64,000 nt of DNA from an uncultured Actinomycetota bacterium (GCA_963718235.1 CAVQYR010000001.1:224001-288000), one strand, 5' to 3'. Shown: positions 29,163 through 39,802, numbered from the stretch's first letter. Notes: generated from the letters alone by a model not told the origin. Translations and numbers: made by a program.

Positions 29163-30214
29163 GCCGACCGGGGGCGGCCGCCGCGCAGGCTCGAGGTGGC
29201 GGTGGGGGCGATCAGGTCCACGATCCGCTCCAGGTCGTCGACCGAGGCGAAGTCGATGGTGATCGACCCCTTGCGCCGCCCCAGCGCGACCTGGACCCGG
29301 GTCTCCAGGGTGTCACTGAGCGCCTCGGCCAGGTCCGACAGCGCGGGCGCCTGCACCCGCGCTGTCCGCTTTCGGATAGTTTGTGGTGAATTATCGGCAA
29401 CTCCGAGCGCGACCAGCTCCTCCACCGCCCGCACCGACAGCCCTTCGGCCACGATCCGTCCGGCGACCCGCTCCATCGACCCGGAGTCGGGCAGGGCCAG
29501 CAGCGCCCGGGCGTGCCCGGCCGACAGCACGCCCGCCGCGACCCGACGCTGCACCGGCAGCGGCAGCCGCAGCAGCCGCAGGGTGTTCGACACCTGGGGC
29601 CGGGAGCGGCCGATCCGGGTGGCGAGCTCCTCCTGGGTGCAGCCGAAGTCCTTCAGCAGCTGGTCGTAGGCGGCCGCCTCCTCCAGGGGGTTGAGCTGCG
29701 CCCGGTGCAGGTTCTCCAGCAGCGCGTCGCGCAGCAGGACGTCGTCGGCCGTCTCCCGCACGATCGCGGGGATGACCGTGAACCCGGCCTGCTGGGCCGC
29801 ACGCCACCGGCGCTCGCCGGCCACCAGCTCGTAACGACCGCCCCCCACACCGCGCACCACGATCGGCTGCAGCAGCCCGATCTCGCGCAGGGAGTGCACG
29901 AGCTCGGCCAGCGCGTCCTCGTCGAACACCTGCCGCGGCTGTCGGGGGTTCGGGACGATCGCGGCCAACGGCAGCTCGGCGTAGTGGGCCATGGGTGACA
30001 CGGCGTCGTCACTGCCCCCCGCCTGCGCCGCCCGGGCCGGATGGGCGTCGTTGACCGTGTCGGCGGCGTCCAGCACGGCATCGACCCCCCGGGGTGGGGT
30101 CGCGTACCCGGCCCGGGTGAGGTCGACCGACACAGCCAGGGTGTCCTCGGTGCGGGGCTGGGTGGGGATCAGTGCTCCCAGCCCCTTGCCGAGTCCGCGT
30201 CGCTTCTCGCTCAC
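29159..30214 (-). CDS. parB: Chromosome partitioning protein ParB
   Basis: [43 protein letters not shown]. Confidence 0.97.
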   Translation of the reverse strand: MSEKRRGLGKGLGALIPTQPRTEDTLAVSVDLTRAGYATPPRGVDAVLDAADTVNDAHPARAAQAGGSDDAVSPMAHYAELPLAAIVPNPRQPRQVFDEDALAELVHSLREIGLLQPIVVRGVGGGRYELVAGERRWRAAQQAGFTVIPAIVRETADDVLLRDALLENLHRAQLNPLEEAAAYDQLLKDFGCTQEELATRIGRSRPQVSNTLRLLRLPLPVQRRVAAGVLSAGHARALLALPDSGSMERVAGRIVAEGLSVRAVEELVALGVADNSPQTIRKRTARVQAPALSDLAEALSDTLETRVQVALGRRKGSITIDFASVDDLERIVDLIAPTATSSLRGGRPRSA

Positions 30215-31272
30215 CGCGCCACCTCCGACTCGTGCTCCGGTGCTCCGGGTGCCGGCCGCTCGGCCAACTCTCGGGCGGCGTCCAGGTAGGACAGCGCGCC
30301 GCTGGAGCCTGGGTCGTATGTCAGCACGGTTTGCGCATAGCTCGGGGCCTCCGACACGCGGACCGACCGAGGAATTGCGGTGCGCAGCACGACCGGGCCG
30401 AAGTGGGACCGGACCTCCTCGGCCACCTGCGCGGCCAGCCGGGTCCGGGCGTCGTGCATGGTCAGCAGGATGGTCGACACCTGCAGGTCGGGGTTCAGAT
30501 GGGCCTGGACCAGGTCGACGCTGCGCAGCAGCTGGCCCAGCCCCTCCAGGGCGTAGTACTCGCACTGGATCGGGATCAGCACCTCCCGCGCAGCGACGAA
30601 GGCGTTCACCGTGAGCAGCCCCAGGGACGGCGGGCAGTCGATCAGCACGAAGTCGATCCCCCCGTCCGGGCGCTCCGCCTGCTCGTCCAGGAACGCGGTC
30701 AGCGCCCGGTACAGCCGCGACTCCCGGGCCACGAGGGACACCAGCTCGATCTCGGCCCCTGCCAGGTCGATGGTCGCCGGAGCGCACCACAGCCCCGGGA
30801 TCGCCTCCACCGGGGCCAGGACCTCGGCCAGCGGGCGACCCTCGATCAAGACGTCGTAGATGCTCGGGACGTCGACGTGGTGCTCCACGGCCAGCGCGGT
30901 GGACGCGTTGCCCTGCGGGTCGAGGTCGATCACGAGGACCTGCAGCCCGTGCAGGGCCAGCGCCGCGGCCAGGTTGACCGTCGACGTCGTCTTGCCCACG
31001 CCGCCCTTCTGGTTGGCCACGGTCAGGACCCGCGGGCGGGTCGGGCGCGGCAGGTCACCGGCCCGACGGCCCAGCACGGCCACCGCGGTCGCGGCCGCCT
31101 CGGCGATCGGGGTGTCCTCCTGCCAGCCCGATGTTTCACGTGAAACGTCCGGGGTCGGCGGCCCGGCGGTGGCATAGCGCAACGGCATCTCCACGGTCCC
31201 CGGTCCGGCCCCACCGGAGTCGGCCGTACCCGCCGCAGGGTCCTCGGCCGGTGTGGACTCGGACTCGTTCAC
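30211..31272 (-). CDS. parA: Chromosome partitioning ATPase ParA
   Basis: [36 protein letters not shown]; start uncertain. Confidence 0.96.
   Translation of the reverse strand: MNESESTPAEDPAAGTADSGGAGPGTVEMPLRYATAGPPTPDVSRETSGWQEDTPIAEAAATAVAVLGRRAGDLPRPTRPRVLTVANQKGGVGKTTSTVNLAAALALHGLQVLVIDLDPQGNASTALAVEHHVDVPSIYDVLIEGRPLAEVLAPVEAIPGLWCAPATIDLAGAEIELVSLVARESRLYRALTAFLDEQAERPDGGIDFVLIDCPPSLGLLTVNAFVAAREVLIPIQCEYYALEGLGQLLRSVDLVQAHLNPDLQVSTILLTMHDARTRLAAQVAEEVRSHFGPVVLRTAIPRSVRVSEAPSYAQTVLTYDPGSSGALSYLDAARELAERPAPGAPEHESEVAR
31133..31146. promoter_or_regulatory. parS site (in parA 5' region)
   Basis: Perfect palindrome GTTTCACGTGAAAC. Confidence 0.95.
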
Positions 31273-32003
31273 GGGCTCATCCCTTCGATCCTCACCTGGA
31301 TCACCCGGCTCGGGCTCCCGGGGAGCTCCCGGACTGAAGAGGCGACCACCGCGGCGCCGGACGCCTTCGGTTCCCGCCCCATGCGCTGCAGCGTAGGCGA
31401 CGCAGCAGCCAGCTCGTCGGCGGCCTTGGCTCCCTTCAGCGCAAGCAGGCTGCCACCGGGGGTGAGCAGGGGCAGCGCCCATCCGGCCAGTCGGCCCAGC
31501 GGCGCGACCGCGCGTGCGGTCACCACGTCGACCCGGCCCAGCCCGCGGACCCGCTGCACCACCGCGTCGTCCTGGGCCCGGCCCCGGTACACCTGCACCC
31601 GGTCCAGGCCGAGCTCCTCGACGACCTCCCGCAAGAAAGTGGTCCGGCGCTCCAGCGGCTCCAGGAGCACGACCCGCCAGGTCGGCCGGAGCAGGGCCAG
31701 GACCACCCCGGGCAACCCGGCTCCCGAACCGAGGTCGACCACGGTGACCGGCGGGGCGGTTCCTCGCCGCGTGGACGACCGCGCCTCCTCCACCACCTGG
31801 TCGATGACCGGTGCCAGAGCGGCGCAGTTGAGCAGGTGCCGCGGCCACAGGCGGGGCACCTCACGCGGCCCGATCAGACCGCGCACCACGCCGGGTCCGG
31901 CGAGCAGGTCGGCGTAGTGCTGCGCCAGCGGGAGAGCCGGCCCGAACACCCCGGCCGCCTCCGGTGGGGGTCCGGGCGTTTCACGTGAAACGCCGGGCTC
32001 CAC
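31269..32003 (-). CDS. rsmG: 16S rRNA m7G527 methyltransferase
   Basis: RGLIGPREVPRLWPRHLLNC, DLGSGAGLPG, VTARAVAPL, LALKG. Confidence 0.95.
   Translation of the reverse strand: MEPGVSRETPGPPPEAAGVFGPALPLAQHYADLLAGPGVVRGLIGPREVPRLWPRHLLNCAALAPVIDQVVEEARSSTRRGTAPPVTVVDLGSGAGLPGVVLALLRPTWRVVLLEPLERRTTFLREVVEELGLDRVQVYRGRAQDDAVVQRVRGLGRVDVVTARAVAPLGRLAGWALPLLTPGGSLLALKGAKAADELAAASPTLQRMGREPKASGAAVVASSVRELPGSPSRVIQVRIEGMSP
31978..31991. promoter_or_regulatory. parS site (in rsmG 5' region)
   Basis: GTTTCACGTGAAAC, extends to 20-bp palindrome GGC...GCC. Confidence 0.95.
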
Positions 32004-32004
32004 C

Positions 32005-32550
32005 TCAGGCGGGCAGCACGACGACACACCGGTCCGGGGCCTCGCCCTCGGACTCCGACCTCAGGCCGGCGGCCGCGACGGCGTCGTGCACCACCTTGCG
32101 CTCGAACGCGGTCATCGGTTCCAGCTTGATCGGCGCACCGCTGGACTTCACGGTCTCAGCGGCCACCCGACCCTGCTCGGTCAGCTCGGCCCGCCGGGCC
32201 GCCCGGAACCCGTCGATGTCGAGCATCAGCCGGCTGCGGTGCCCGGTCTCGCGCAGCACGGCCAGCCGGGTGAGCTCCTGGAGCGCGTCCAGCACCTGGC
32301 CCTCGCTGCCGACCAGCTGACCGAGGTCGCCCCCGACCAGCGAGACCATCGCCCGGTCGCCCTCGACGTCCATGTCGATGTCGCCGTCCAGGTCGGCGAT
32401 GTCGAGCAGCCCCTCCAGGTAGTCCGCGGCGATGTCGCCCTCGGTCTCCAGGTCGGGTGGCGACGACGACTGGACCGGGCTCGGCTCCGACGAGTCGGTC
32501 GCCGGGCCCTCGGCCAGGTCGGTGTCCGCGGCGTTCGTGGTCTCGGTCAC
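32005..32550 (-). CDS. jag: Jag/KhpB KH-R3H RNA-binding protein
   Basis: EGDIAADYLEGLLDI, ALQELTRLAV, ERKVVHD. Confidence 0.92.
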   Translation of the reverse strand: MTETTNAADTDLAEGPATDSSEPSPVQSSSPPDLETEGDIAADYLEGLLDIADLDGDIDMDVEGDRAMVSLVGGDLGQLVGSEGQVLDALQELTRLAVLRETGHRSRLMLDIDGFRAARRAELTEQGRVAAETVKSSGAPIKLEPMTAFERKVVHDAVAAAGLRSESEGEAPDRCVVVLPA

Positions 32551-32557
32551 GGGGCCT

Positions 32558-33565
32558 TCACTCCTTGGTGGCAGCCGGGGGCTGCTCGTCCGGGTCGTCG
32601 GGGATCTGCTCCTCGGGGGGCCCGACCGGGCCCGTCACGTTCTTGCGCTTGCTGCGCGGCTGCCGCTTGGGCTGCTGTCGGGGTGGCTTCGGCGGCTCGG
32701 TCAGGACCGTGCCCTCGACCTCCGCCGGTCCGGCACCGCCGGCGGTCTTGCCCTTGGCCTCCCGGCGACGCTGCAGGTCCTCCCAGGCCGCGCTGCCCGG
32801 CGCGGGGTTCCGGCGGATCACGTAGAACTGCTGGCCCATGGTCCACAGGTTGGTGGTGAACCAGTAGATGAGCACACCGACCGGGAAGTTGATGCCGAAG
32901 AAGGCGAACATGACCGGGTAGACGTACAGCAGGATCTTCATCTGCTGGGCCATCGGGTTGTCCTGGCCGGTCGGCATGTTCTTGACCATCAGCTGGCGCT
33001 GGGTGATGAACGTCGTCGCGCTCATCAGCACGATCAGGATGACGGTGACCACCTTGACCGTCGTCGGGTTGGCGTCGCCCAGGTCTGCGGGACTGGTCAG
33101 GAAGGTGGCGTCCAGCGGTGCCCCGAAGAAGGTGGCCTGGCCGGCCTGGATCGCCAGCTCCTGGGTCATCGCCCCGACCGCCTGGCCCTTCTGCACCCCG
33201 GCGTTCAGCACGTGGAACAAGGCGAAGAAGATCGGCATCTGCAAGATGATCGGCAGACACGAGGCCAGCGGGTTGGTGCCGGTCTCGCGGTAGAGCTTCA
33301 TCAGCTCTTCCTGCTGCTTCTGCTTGTCGTCCTTGTACTTCTTCTGGATCTCCTTGATGTGCGGCTGCAGCACCTGCAGGCCGCGCTGGGCCTTGATCTG
33401 CTTGACGAACAGCGGGATCAGCAGGATCCGGATGACGATCACCAGACCGACGATGGACAACGTCCAGGCCCAGCCCCCGACGTCGGGCAGGAACAGGCTG
33501 AAGAAGCTGTGGAAGGTGACCAGCACCCACGACACGGCGTAGTAGAGCGGGTCGAGCAGGCCCAC
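32558..33565 (-). CDS. yidC: Membrane protein insertase YidC
   Basis: [35 protein letters not shown]. Confidence 0.96.
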   Translation of the reverse strand: MGLLDPLYYAVSWVLVTFHSFFSLFLPDVGGWAWTLSIVGLVIVIRILLIPLFVKQIKAQRGLQVLQPHIKEIQKKYKDDKQKQQEELMKLYRETGTNPLASCLPIILQMPIFFALFHVLNAGVQKGQAVGAMTQELAIQAGQATFFGAPLDATFLTSPADLGDANPTTVKVVTVILIVLMSATTFITQRQLMVKNMPTGQDNPMAQQMKILLYVYPVMFAFFGINFPVGVLIYWFTTNLWTMGQQFYVIRRNPAPGSAAWEDLQRRREAKGKTAGGAGPAEVEGTVLTEPPKPPRQQPKRQPRSKRKNVTGPVGPPEEQIPDDPDEQPPAATKE

Positions 33566-33568
33566 GAG

Positions 33569-33922
33569 TCAGGCTCCTGTCGAGGTCGAGGGTGCAGCCG
33601 GCGACGCTGAGGTCGAGGCTGAGGTCGAATCAGCTGAGCCCGCGCGGGTCGAGCCTTCGGCGCCCGTCCGGACTCCGCGCGGGGCCGGCACGTGGTCGAC
33701 CCCACCCGGTGCCCAGGGGTGGCAGCGGCCGACCCGCCGGACGGCGAGCCACCCGCCCCGGATCGGCCCGTGGCTGCGGATCGCCTGCTCGGCGTAGGAG
33801 GAGCAGGTCGGGTAGTAGCGGCAGGTCTGCGGTGTCCAGGGCGTGATGCAGTTGCGGTAGAACCAGATCAGCCCCAGCGCGAGCATGCGCAGCGGCCAGG
33901 TGACCACCTCGAGCGCGCTCAT
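33569..33922 (-). CDS. yidD: Membrane protein insertion efficiency factor YidD
   Basis: CRYYPTCSSYA, RCHPWAPGGVDHVP. Confidence 0.95.
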   Translation of the reverse strand: MSALEVVTWPLRMLALGLIWFYRNCITPWTPQTCRYYPTCSSYAEQAIRSHGPIRGGWLAVRRVGRCHPWAPGGVDHVPAPRGVRTGAEGSTRAGSADSTSASTSASPAAPSTSTGA

Positions 33923-34302
33923 CTGGACGGCACCGCCCTGGCCAGCGCGGCGTCCAGCGCGGCGTCCAGCTCGGCCCCGAGCCGGGCCGACGACGCGCGG
34001 GCGGCCCGAGGAAGCGCCCGCACGACCACCCGTGAGCCCTCGGGCAGCCGGTCCAGCCGCTGGGCCATCTGCGCCCGCAGCCGTCGGGTCACCCGGTGCC
34101 GGACGACCGAGCCGCCCACGTTCTTGCCCACCACGAACCCGACCAGCGTCGCGGCAGGCGGTGACTGCTCCGGCCCGGGCTCGACGCCCTCCGGCGGCAG
34201 CACGTGGTGCAGCACCAGCGAGGCCGACCCCGCACGACGTCCCCGTCGAGTGGTCGAGGTGAAGTCGCGGCTGGTGCGCATCCGGTGAGCGGCTGGCAGC
34301 AC
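33919..34302 (-). CDS. rnpA: Ribonuclease P protein component
   Basis: GFVVGKNVGGSVVRHRVTRRLR. Confidence 0.95.
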   Translation of the reverse strand: MLPAAHRMRTSRDFTSTTRRGRRAGSASLVLHHVLPPEGVEPGPEQSPPAATLVGFVVGKNVGGSVVRHRVTRRLRAQMAQRLDRLPEGSRVVVRALPRAARASSARLGAELDAALDAALARAVPSR

Positions 34303-34309
34303 GAAGCGG

Positions 34310-34447
34310 TCAGGCCGACAGGCGGGTGCGGCCCCTGCGGCGACGGGCCGACAGGATCGAGCGGCCCGCGCGGGTGCGCATCCGCAACCGGAAGCCGTGG
34401 GTCTTGGCCCGGCGCCGGGTGTTCGGCTGGAAGGTGCGCTTGCTCAC
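34310..34447 (-). CDS. rpmH: 50S ribosomal protein L34
   Basis: [24 protein letters not shown]. Confidence 0.98.
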   Translation of the reverse strand: MSKRTFQPNTRRRAKTHGFRLRMRTRAGRSILSARRRRGRTRLSA

Positions 34448-34604
34448 GGGGAACGCTCCAGAACTCAGGTCGAGGCGACGGCGGGAGGGCCGGCACCGAC
34501 AGTCGGGCCTCGGGCACCACCGGACGCCGACGACCCGCCGAAGCGGACGCGCAGGCATGCGACAGTGTCCGAAGATCGCCCAGCAGCCACACTGCGGGCG
34601 CCCT

Positions 34605-34634
34605 ACGGTACGAACTGAGGACCTCCCCGGTCAA
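34605..34634 (-). promoter_or_regulatory. Housekeeping sigma promoter of the rpmH operon
   Basis: TTGACC-N18-TACCGT on the minus strand. Confidence 0.7.
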
Positions 34635-34729
34635 ACCGTGACCCGACTGCCCCCGGAGGAACCAACTTCCCATCGTCCCAGGCGGCGGCGCCCACCCCGG
34701 TCACGACACGCCGGGACGGTGAGGCAGGA

Positions 34730-34841
34730 TGTGGACAACGGCTGGACGGCAGGCGTATCGAGTCGGTAGCGTCCGCCCGGCAAGCGGACCGGTTCAGCGG
34801 ACCACACCGCCTCCACACCTTGTGGACAGCCATGTGGACCA
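34730..34841. promoter_or_regulatory. DnaA boxes upstream of dnaA
   Basis: TGTGGACAA (34730), TGTGGACAG (34821), TGTGGACCA (34833). Confidence 0.8.
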
Positions 34842-34957
34842 GTTGTCTGGACCCGCCACCGGGCGCCACGACCCGTAGCCCCCATGACTCCCCGGGGACG
34901 GCACTGGACGGCACTGGGCAGCACCGAAGAGATGGCGGGCGACGAGATGGTGACACC

Positions 34958-36445
34958 TTGGTAAGCACCGATCCGGACCTCGCAGCGGTCTGGAGCCGGG
35001 CGCTCGACACGCTCGCCCATGAGGTGGGTCCCCAGGCGCAGGCCTTCTTGACCCTGACCCGTCCGGTCGGTGTGGTCGAGGACACCGCGCTGCTGGCGGC
35101 CCCCAACGACTTCACCAAGGAGCTGATCGAGGCTCGGCTGCGGGCCGCGGTGACCGAGGTGCTCAGCCGCGAGCTCGGCCGCGACATCCGGATCGCCGTG
35201 ACCGTCGAGCCGATCCTCGAGTCCGAGGAGTCCGCACCGACCACCCACGAACCAGCTGCAGGTTCCCCGGTCGCTGGCCCGGACGCCGCGCGGTCCCGCA
35301 CGGACACCGCGGGCCAGTCGGTGGTCGGCCGCACTGACGCTGCCCCCCACCGCGACGAGCCCGCGACCCGCCCGGGGTCCGGACAGCCGACCGGTCGGGT
35401 CGACCACGACTCGCGACTGAACCCGAAGTACACGTTCGACACCTTCGTCATCGGTACGAGCAACCGCTTCGCCCATGCCGCATCGGTCGCGGTCGCCGAG
35501 GCGCCGGCCAAGGCCTACAACCCGCTGTTCATCTACGGCGGATCGGGTCTGGGCAAGACTCACCTGTTGCACGCGATCGGGCACTACGCCCGCAGCCTGT
35601 ACCCAGGGACCCGGGTCCGGTACGTGAGCTCGGAGGAGTTCACCAACGACTTCATCAACTCCATCCGTGACGACAAAGCCCAGGCGTTCCAACGCAGATA
35701 CCGTGACGTCGACGTCCTGCTGATCGACGACATCCAGTTCCTCCAGGGCCGGGTTCAGACGCAGGAGGAGTTCTTCCACACGTTCAACACGCTGCACACG
35801 GCCAACCGGCAGATCGTCATCACCTCCGACGTCTCCCCCCAGCAGCTGTCCGGTTTCGAGGACCGGATGCGTACCCGCTTCACCTGGGGCCTGACCACCG
35901 ACGTCCAGCCCCCCGACCTCGAGACCAGGATCGCCATCCTGCGCAAGAAGGCCGCTCAGGAACGGCTGCAGGCTCCGCCCGAGGTGCTGGAGTTCATCGC
36001 GAGCAAGATCGCCACGAACATCCGTGAGCTCGAAGGTGCGCTCATCCGGGTCACCGCCTTCGCCAGCCTGAACCGCCAGCCGGTCGACCTCGCTCTGGCC
36101 GAGATCGTCTTGAAGGACCTCATCCCGGACACCAGCGGCCCCGAGGTCACCGCGGCGCTGATCATGGCGCAGACGGCGGCCTACTTCGGACTCACCATGG
36201 ACGACCTCTGCGGATCGTCCCGCTCCCGGGTGCTAGTGAACGCCCGCCAGATCGCGATGTACCTGTGCCGTGAGCTCACCGACCTGTCCTTGCCCAAGAT
36301 CGGCCAGCAGTTCGGTGGTCGCGACCACACCACTGTCATGCACGCCGACCGCAAGATCCGTCAGCTGATGGCCGAGCGCCGCAGCGTCTACAACCAGGTC
36401 ACCGAGCTCACCAACCGGATCAAGTCCCAGGCCCGTCAGGGCTGA
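34958..36445 (+). CDS. dnaA: Chromosomal replication initiator DnaA
   Basis: [37 protein letters not shown]; start likely TTG 34958. Confidence 0.98.
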   Translation: MVSTDPDLAAVWSRALDTLAHEVGPQAQAFLTLTRPVGVVEDTALLAAPNDFTKELIEARLRAAVTEVLSRELGRDIRIAVTVEPILESEESAPTTHEPAAGSPVAGPDAARSRTDTAGQSVVGRTDAAPHRDEPATRPGSGQPTGRVDHDSRLNPKYTFDTFVIGTSNRFAHAASVAVAEAPAKAYNPLFIYGGSGLGKTHLLHAIGHYARSLYPGTRVRYVSSEEFTNDFINSIRDDKAQAFQRRYRDVDVLLIDDIQFLQGRVQTQEEFFHTFNTLHTANRQIVITSDVSPQQLSGFEDRMRTRFTWGLTTDVQPPDLETRIAILRKKAAQERLQAPPEVLEFIASKIATNIRELEGALIRVTAFASLNRQPVDLALAEIVLKDLIPDTSGPEVTAALIMAQTAAYFGLTMDDLCGSSRSRVLVNARQIAMYLCRELTDLSLPKIGQQFGGRDHTTVMHADRKIRQLMAERRSVYNQVTELTNRIKSQARQG

Positions 36446-36916
36446 TCTTCGCCGTGTCCGTCCCCGTGTCCGTCCCCGTGTCCGTCAGCGTGTCCCCTCC
36501 TGTGTCGGTTGAGCCGTCCCCGCACCTCCCCGGACACCGTCACGCTGGGTGCACACCCTGGGGACAACGTTGTGGACGGATGCCTGCCCTACGGGGACGA
36601 GCTGGGGACAGCCAGCCCGTCGACGGTGTACAACCCCGACCCGCCGACGGTTGGTCCACACCCGTCCACCGACCTGGCCCCAGCTCGTCACCATCCGTGC
36701 TGCCCCGAACACGCCGCGCTGACCTGGGTGGACGCCGTCTGTCCCCACTGTCCACCGGGCCGACGACGACGACGAATCTCCCTGATGTCCTGATCCCAAC
36801 CCGTCATGATCGGGGTCAGCGCGCACGGCACCACACACCGTGACCGACCGTGAGGCCCCGGTGCACTCGCACGGCCCACCACGTACAGTGACCAACCCGA
36901 TCGGGAGGAGAGTGGC
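36446..36916. other. oriC (dnaA-dnaN intergenic)
   Basis: Degenerate DnaA boxes TGGGGACAA 36559, TGTGGACGG 36571, TGGGGACAG 36603, TGGTCCACA 36652, tandem CTGTCCCCA-CTGTCCACC 36739-36756, then GGGC and (CGA)5. Confidence 0.9.
36452..36511. repeat. 12-bp tandem repeat array at oriC left edge
   Basis: CCGTGTCCGTCC x2, CCGTGTCCGTCA, plus two decayed copies. Confidence 0.88.
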
Positions 36917-38053
36917 GTGAAGTTCCGCGTCGAACGTGACGTCTTGGCCGACGCCGTCGGCTGGGCGGCCCGCAGTCTGCCGACCCGACCACCGCTGCCG
37001 GTCCTGGCCGGCCTGCTCGTCGAGGCCAGCGACTCGGGTCTGGTCCTGAGCAGCTTTGACTACGAGGTCAGTGCGCGAGTCGAGGTCGACGCGCAGGTGA
37101 GCGACGCCGGGCGGGCCCTCGTGTCCGGGCGACTCCTGGCCGAGATCGTGCGTAGCCTTCCCGACCGGCCGATCGATGTCGTGGTCGAGGACGCCAAGGT
37201 GGTGGTCACCTGCGGCTCGTCCCGGTTCGCCCTGCTGACCCTGCCGGTGGAGGACTACCCGACTCTGCCCGACCTGCCAGCGGCAGCCGGCACGTTGCCC
37301 GGGGCCGACTTCGCGGCGGCGGTGGCGACGGTGGCGGTGGCCGCCGGCCGCGACGACACCCTTCCGGTCCTGACCGGCGTGCGGATGGAGTTCGAGGGCG
37401 ACCAGCTGACCCTCGCCGCCACCGACCGCTACCGGTTGGCCGTGCGCGAGCTGTCCTGGACCCCGCAGCTCACCGACGCCAGCGCGGTCGCGCTCGTCTC
37501 GGCCCGGTCTCTGGCCGAGACGGCTCGCTCGCTCGGTGACGCGGACGCGGTCACCATCGCGTTGGCCGCCGGCGGCTCGGGCGAGGGCCTGATCGGGTTC
37601 GAGGGCTCGGGTGGCGACGGACGCAAGCGCACCACGACGCGGCTGCTGGACGGCGAGTTCCCCAAGTACCGGGCGCTGCTGCCCAGTGAGTCCGAGGCGG
37701 TGGCCACGCTGGAGACCGCAGCGTTCACCGAGTCGGTCAAGCGGGTGGCGCTCGTGGCCGAGCGGAACACTCCGGTGCGCCTGACCTTCGGTGGCGACGA
37801 GCTGGTGCTCGAAGCCGGCACAGGGGACGAGGCGCAGGCGACCGAGGCGATGGCGGCCGGGTTCGACGGTGAGCCGTTGACCATCGCGTTCAACCCCCAG
37901 TTCCTGCTCGACGGCCTCGGCGCCATCAACGACCCGGTGGCCCAGCTGTCCTTCACCACCGCGACCAAGCCCGCAGTGCTCACCGCCGGGGGCGATGCGT
38001 CGGCCGGGGCGTCGTACCGCTACCTGCTGATGCCGGTGCGCCTGTCCGGCTGA
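36917..38053 (+). CDS. dnaN: DNA polymerase III beta clamp
   Basis: KFRVERDVLADAV, ATDRYRLA, IAFNPQFLLDG, YLLMPVRL. Confidence 0.98.
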   Translation: MKFRVERDVLADAVGWAARSLPTRPPLPVLAGLLVEASDSGLVLSSFDYEVSARVEVDAQVSDAGRALVSGRLLAEIVRSLPDRPIDVVVEDAKVVVTCGSSRFALLTLPVEDYPTLPDLPAAAGTLPGADFAAAVATVAVAAGRDDTLPVLTGVRMEFEGDQLTLAATDRYRLAVRELSWTPQLTDASAVALVSARSLAETARSLGDADAVTIALAAGGSGEGLIGFEGSGGDGRKRTTTRLLDGEFPKYRALLPSESEAVATLETAAFTESVKRVALVAERNTPVRLTFGGDELVLEAGTGDEAQATEAMAAGFDGEPLTIAFNPQFLLDGLGAINDPVAQLSFTTATKPAVLTAGGDASAGASYRYLLMPVRLSG

Positions 38054-38064
38054 GCGCCGACACC

Positions 38065-39201
38065 GTGCAGGTCTCCTCCCTCGAGCTGGTCGACTTCCGG
38101 TCCTACCCGCACGTGGTGGTCGAAGCTGCCGGTGGTGTGACGACGTTCATCGGTCGCAACGGCGAGGGCAAGACGAACCTGGTCGAGGCCATGGGCTATC
38201 TCGCGACACTGACGAGCCACCGGGTCGCCACTGACACACCGCTCGTGCGACAGGGGGCCGAACGAGCCGTCGTCCGCGGAGTCGTCGAGCGTGACGGGCG
38301 TCGGCTCACCCTCGAGGTGGAGATCAACCCGGGCCGGAGCAACCGGGCCCGGATCAACCAGTCGGCGCTCCCGCGCGCGCGGGAGATCATCGGGGTGCTG
38401 CGCACGGTGCTCTTCGCCCCTGAGGACCTCGCGCTCGTCCGCGGTGAGCCGGAGGTACGACGTCGGTTCCTCGACGACCTCATGGTGCTTCGCACTCCCC
38501 GGCTGGCGGGGGTCAGGGCCGACTACGACCGCGTGCTGCGGCAGCGCAACGCGTTGCTACGTACCGCGTCCTTGGCCAGACGTGGGTCAGCGCCTGACCT
38601 CGGCGTCCTCGAGGTGTGGGACACCCATCTCACGACGGCCGGCGCCGAGCTGTTGTCCGCACGCAGTGCGCTGCTCGGCGAGCTCGACCCGCATGTCTGC
38701 ACGGCGTATGAGGCGATCGCGTCGGCCGGCGCCGTCGCGTCGCTGTCGTACCAGTCGTCGGTCGCCCGACGGATCGACGACCCGTCGGCGAGCAAGGACC
38801 GAGCCGGATGGCATGAGGCCATGAGCCAGGCACTGGTTCTCGCCCGCCCGGACGAGCTCGACCGAGGGGTGACGTTGGTCGGTCCGCACCGGGACGACGT
38901 CACCCTCACGCTGGGTGACCTCCCGGCCAAGGGGTACGCCTCCCACGGGGAGTCCTGGTCGTTCGCCCTGGCCTTGCGCCTGGCCGCGTTCGAGCTGCTG
39001 CGCGCCGACGGCGACGACCCGGTCCTCGTGCTGGACGACGTGTTCGCCGAGCTGGACTCCGCCCGCCGGGCGAGGTTGGCTGAGCGGGTGGCCGACGCCG
39101 AGCAGGTCTGGGTGACGGCGGCGGTGGTCGATGACGTGCCGGCGCAGCTGCTGGGTGCGCGGTTCACGGTGTCCGGGGGTGAGGTGACCCGTGCCGGATG
39201 A
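38065..39201 (+). CDS. recF: DNA replication/repair protein RecF
   Basis: DFRSY, GRNGEGKTNL, GPHRDD, ASHGE, LDDVFAELD. Confidence 0.97.
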   Translation: MQVSSLELVDFRSYPHVVVEAAGGVTTFIGRNGEGKTNLVEAMGYLATLTSHRVATDTPLVRQGAERAVVRGVVERDGRRLTLEVEINPGRSNRARINQSALPRAREIIGVLRTVLFAPEDLALVRGEPEVRRRFLDDLMVLRTPRLAGVRADYDRVLRQRNALLRTASLARRGSAPDLGVLEVWDTHLTTAGAELLSARSALLGELDPHVCTAYEAIASAGAVASLSYQSSVARRIDDPSASKDRAGWHEAMSQALVLARPDELDRGVTLVGPHRDDVTLTLGDLPAKGYASHGESWSFALALRLAAFELLRADGDDPVLVLDDVFAELDSARRARLAERVADAEQVWVTAAVVDDVPAQLLGARFTVSGGEVTRAG

Positions 39202-39802
39202 CCCGACGGCGCAGCCGGCGCCCCTCGCCCGGTCCGACCCGGCCGGGGCCCCAGTCGAAGGCCCGCCCGCGGCGCCGGTCGAAGGAGGGCAGGTCGACCT
39301 CGCCCGGGCGCTGCTCGCAGCGGCCCGGTCGAGCGCCCGTGAGCGCGGCGCGACCCCTGGCCGGGGGGCGGCCAGCTCCTCAGGTCCCGGGGTGGGGGCC
39401 CGACCCGGCGCGACACCGGGGGCGGTGAGCGGGGCCCATCCCGACGAGCGCGACCCGCAGCCGGTCGGCCGGTCGGTCGACCGGCTGGTCGGCGAGCGCG
39501 GGTGGGAGGTCCCGGTGGCCGTCGGCGGCGTCGAGGGTCGGTGGGCGGAGATCGTGGGGGCCGATGTCGCCGCGCACTGCGTCCCGGAGGGTTTCGACCA
39601 AGGCGTGCTCACCGTGCGGGCCGACTCCAGTGCCTGGGCGACCCAGGTGCGCCTCCTGGCCGCGACCCTGGTGCGCCGGCTGAACGAGGAGCTCGGGGAC
39701 GGAACCGTGCGGGTGGTCAGCGTCCTGGGACCCGACGGCCCTTCGTGGCGCAAGGGCCGACTGCGGGTGCCCGGCCGGGGGCCCCGGGACACCTATGGGT
39801 GA
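39191..39802 (+). CDS. DUF721/DciA family protein
   Basis: WAEIVG..VAAHC, ADSSAWATQ, GRGPRDTYG; between recF and gyrB. Confidence 0.9.
   Translation: MPDDPTAQPAPLARSDPAGAPVEGPPAAPVEGGQVDLARALLAAARSSARERGATPGRGAASSSGPGVGARPGATPGAVSGAHPDERDPQPVGRSVDRLVGERGWEVPVAVGGVEGRWAEIVGADVAAHCVPEGFDQGVLTVRADSSAWATQVRLLAATLVRRLNEELGDGTVRVVSVLGPDGPSWRKGRLRVPGRGPRDTYG

Noticed and set aside
32547-33530. 327-aa ORF overlapping yidC on the same strand
   Set aside because: Alternate frame with Arg/Pro/Ala-rich composition; the yidC frame is intact
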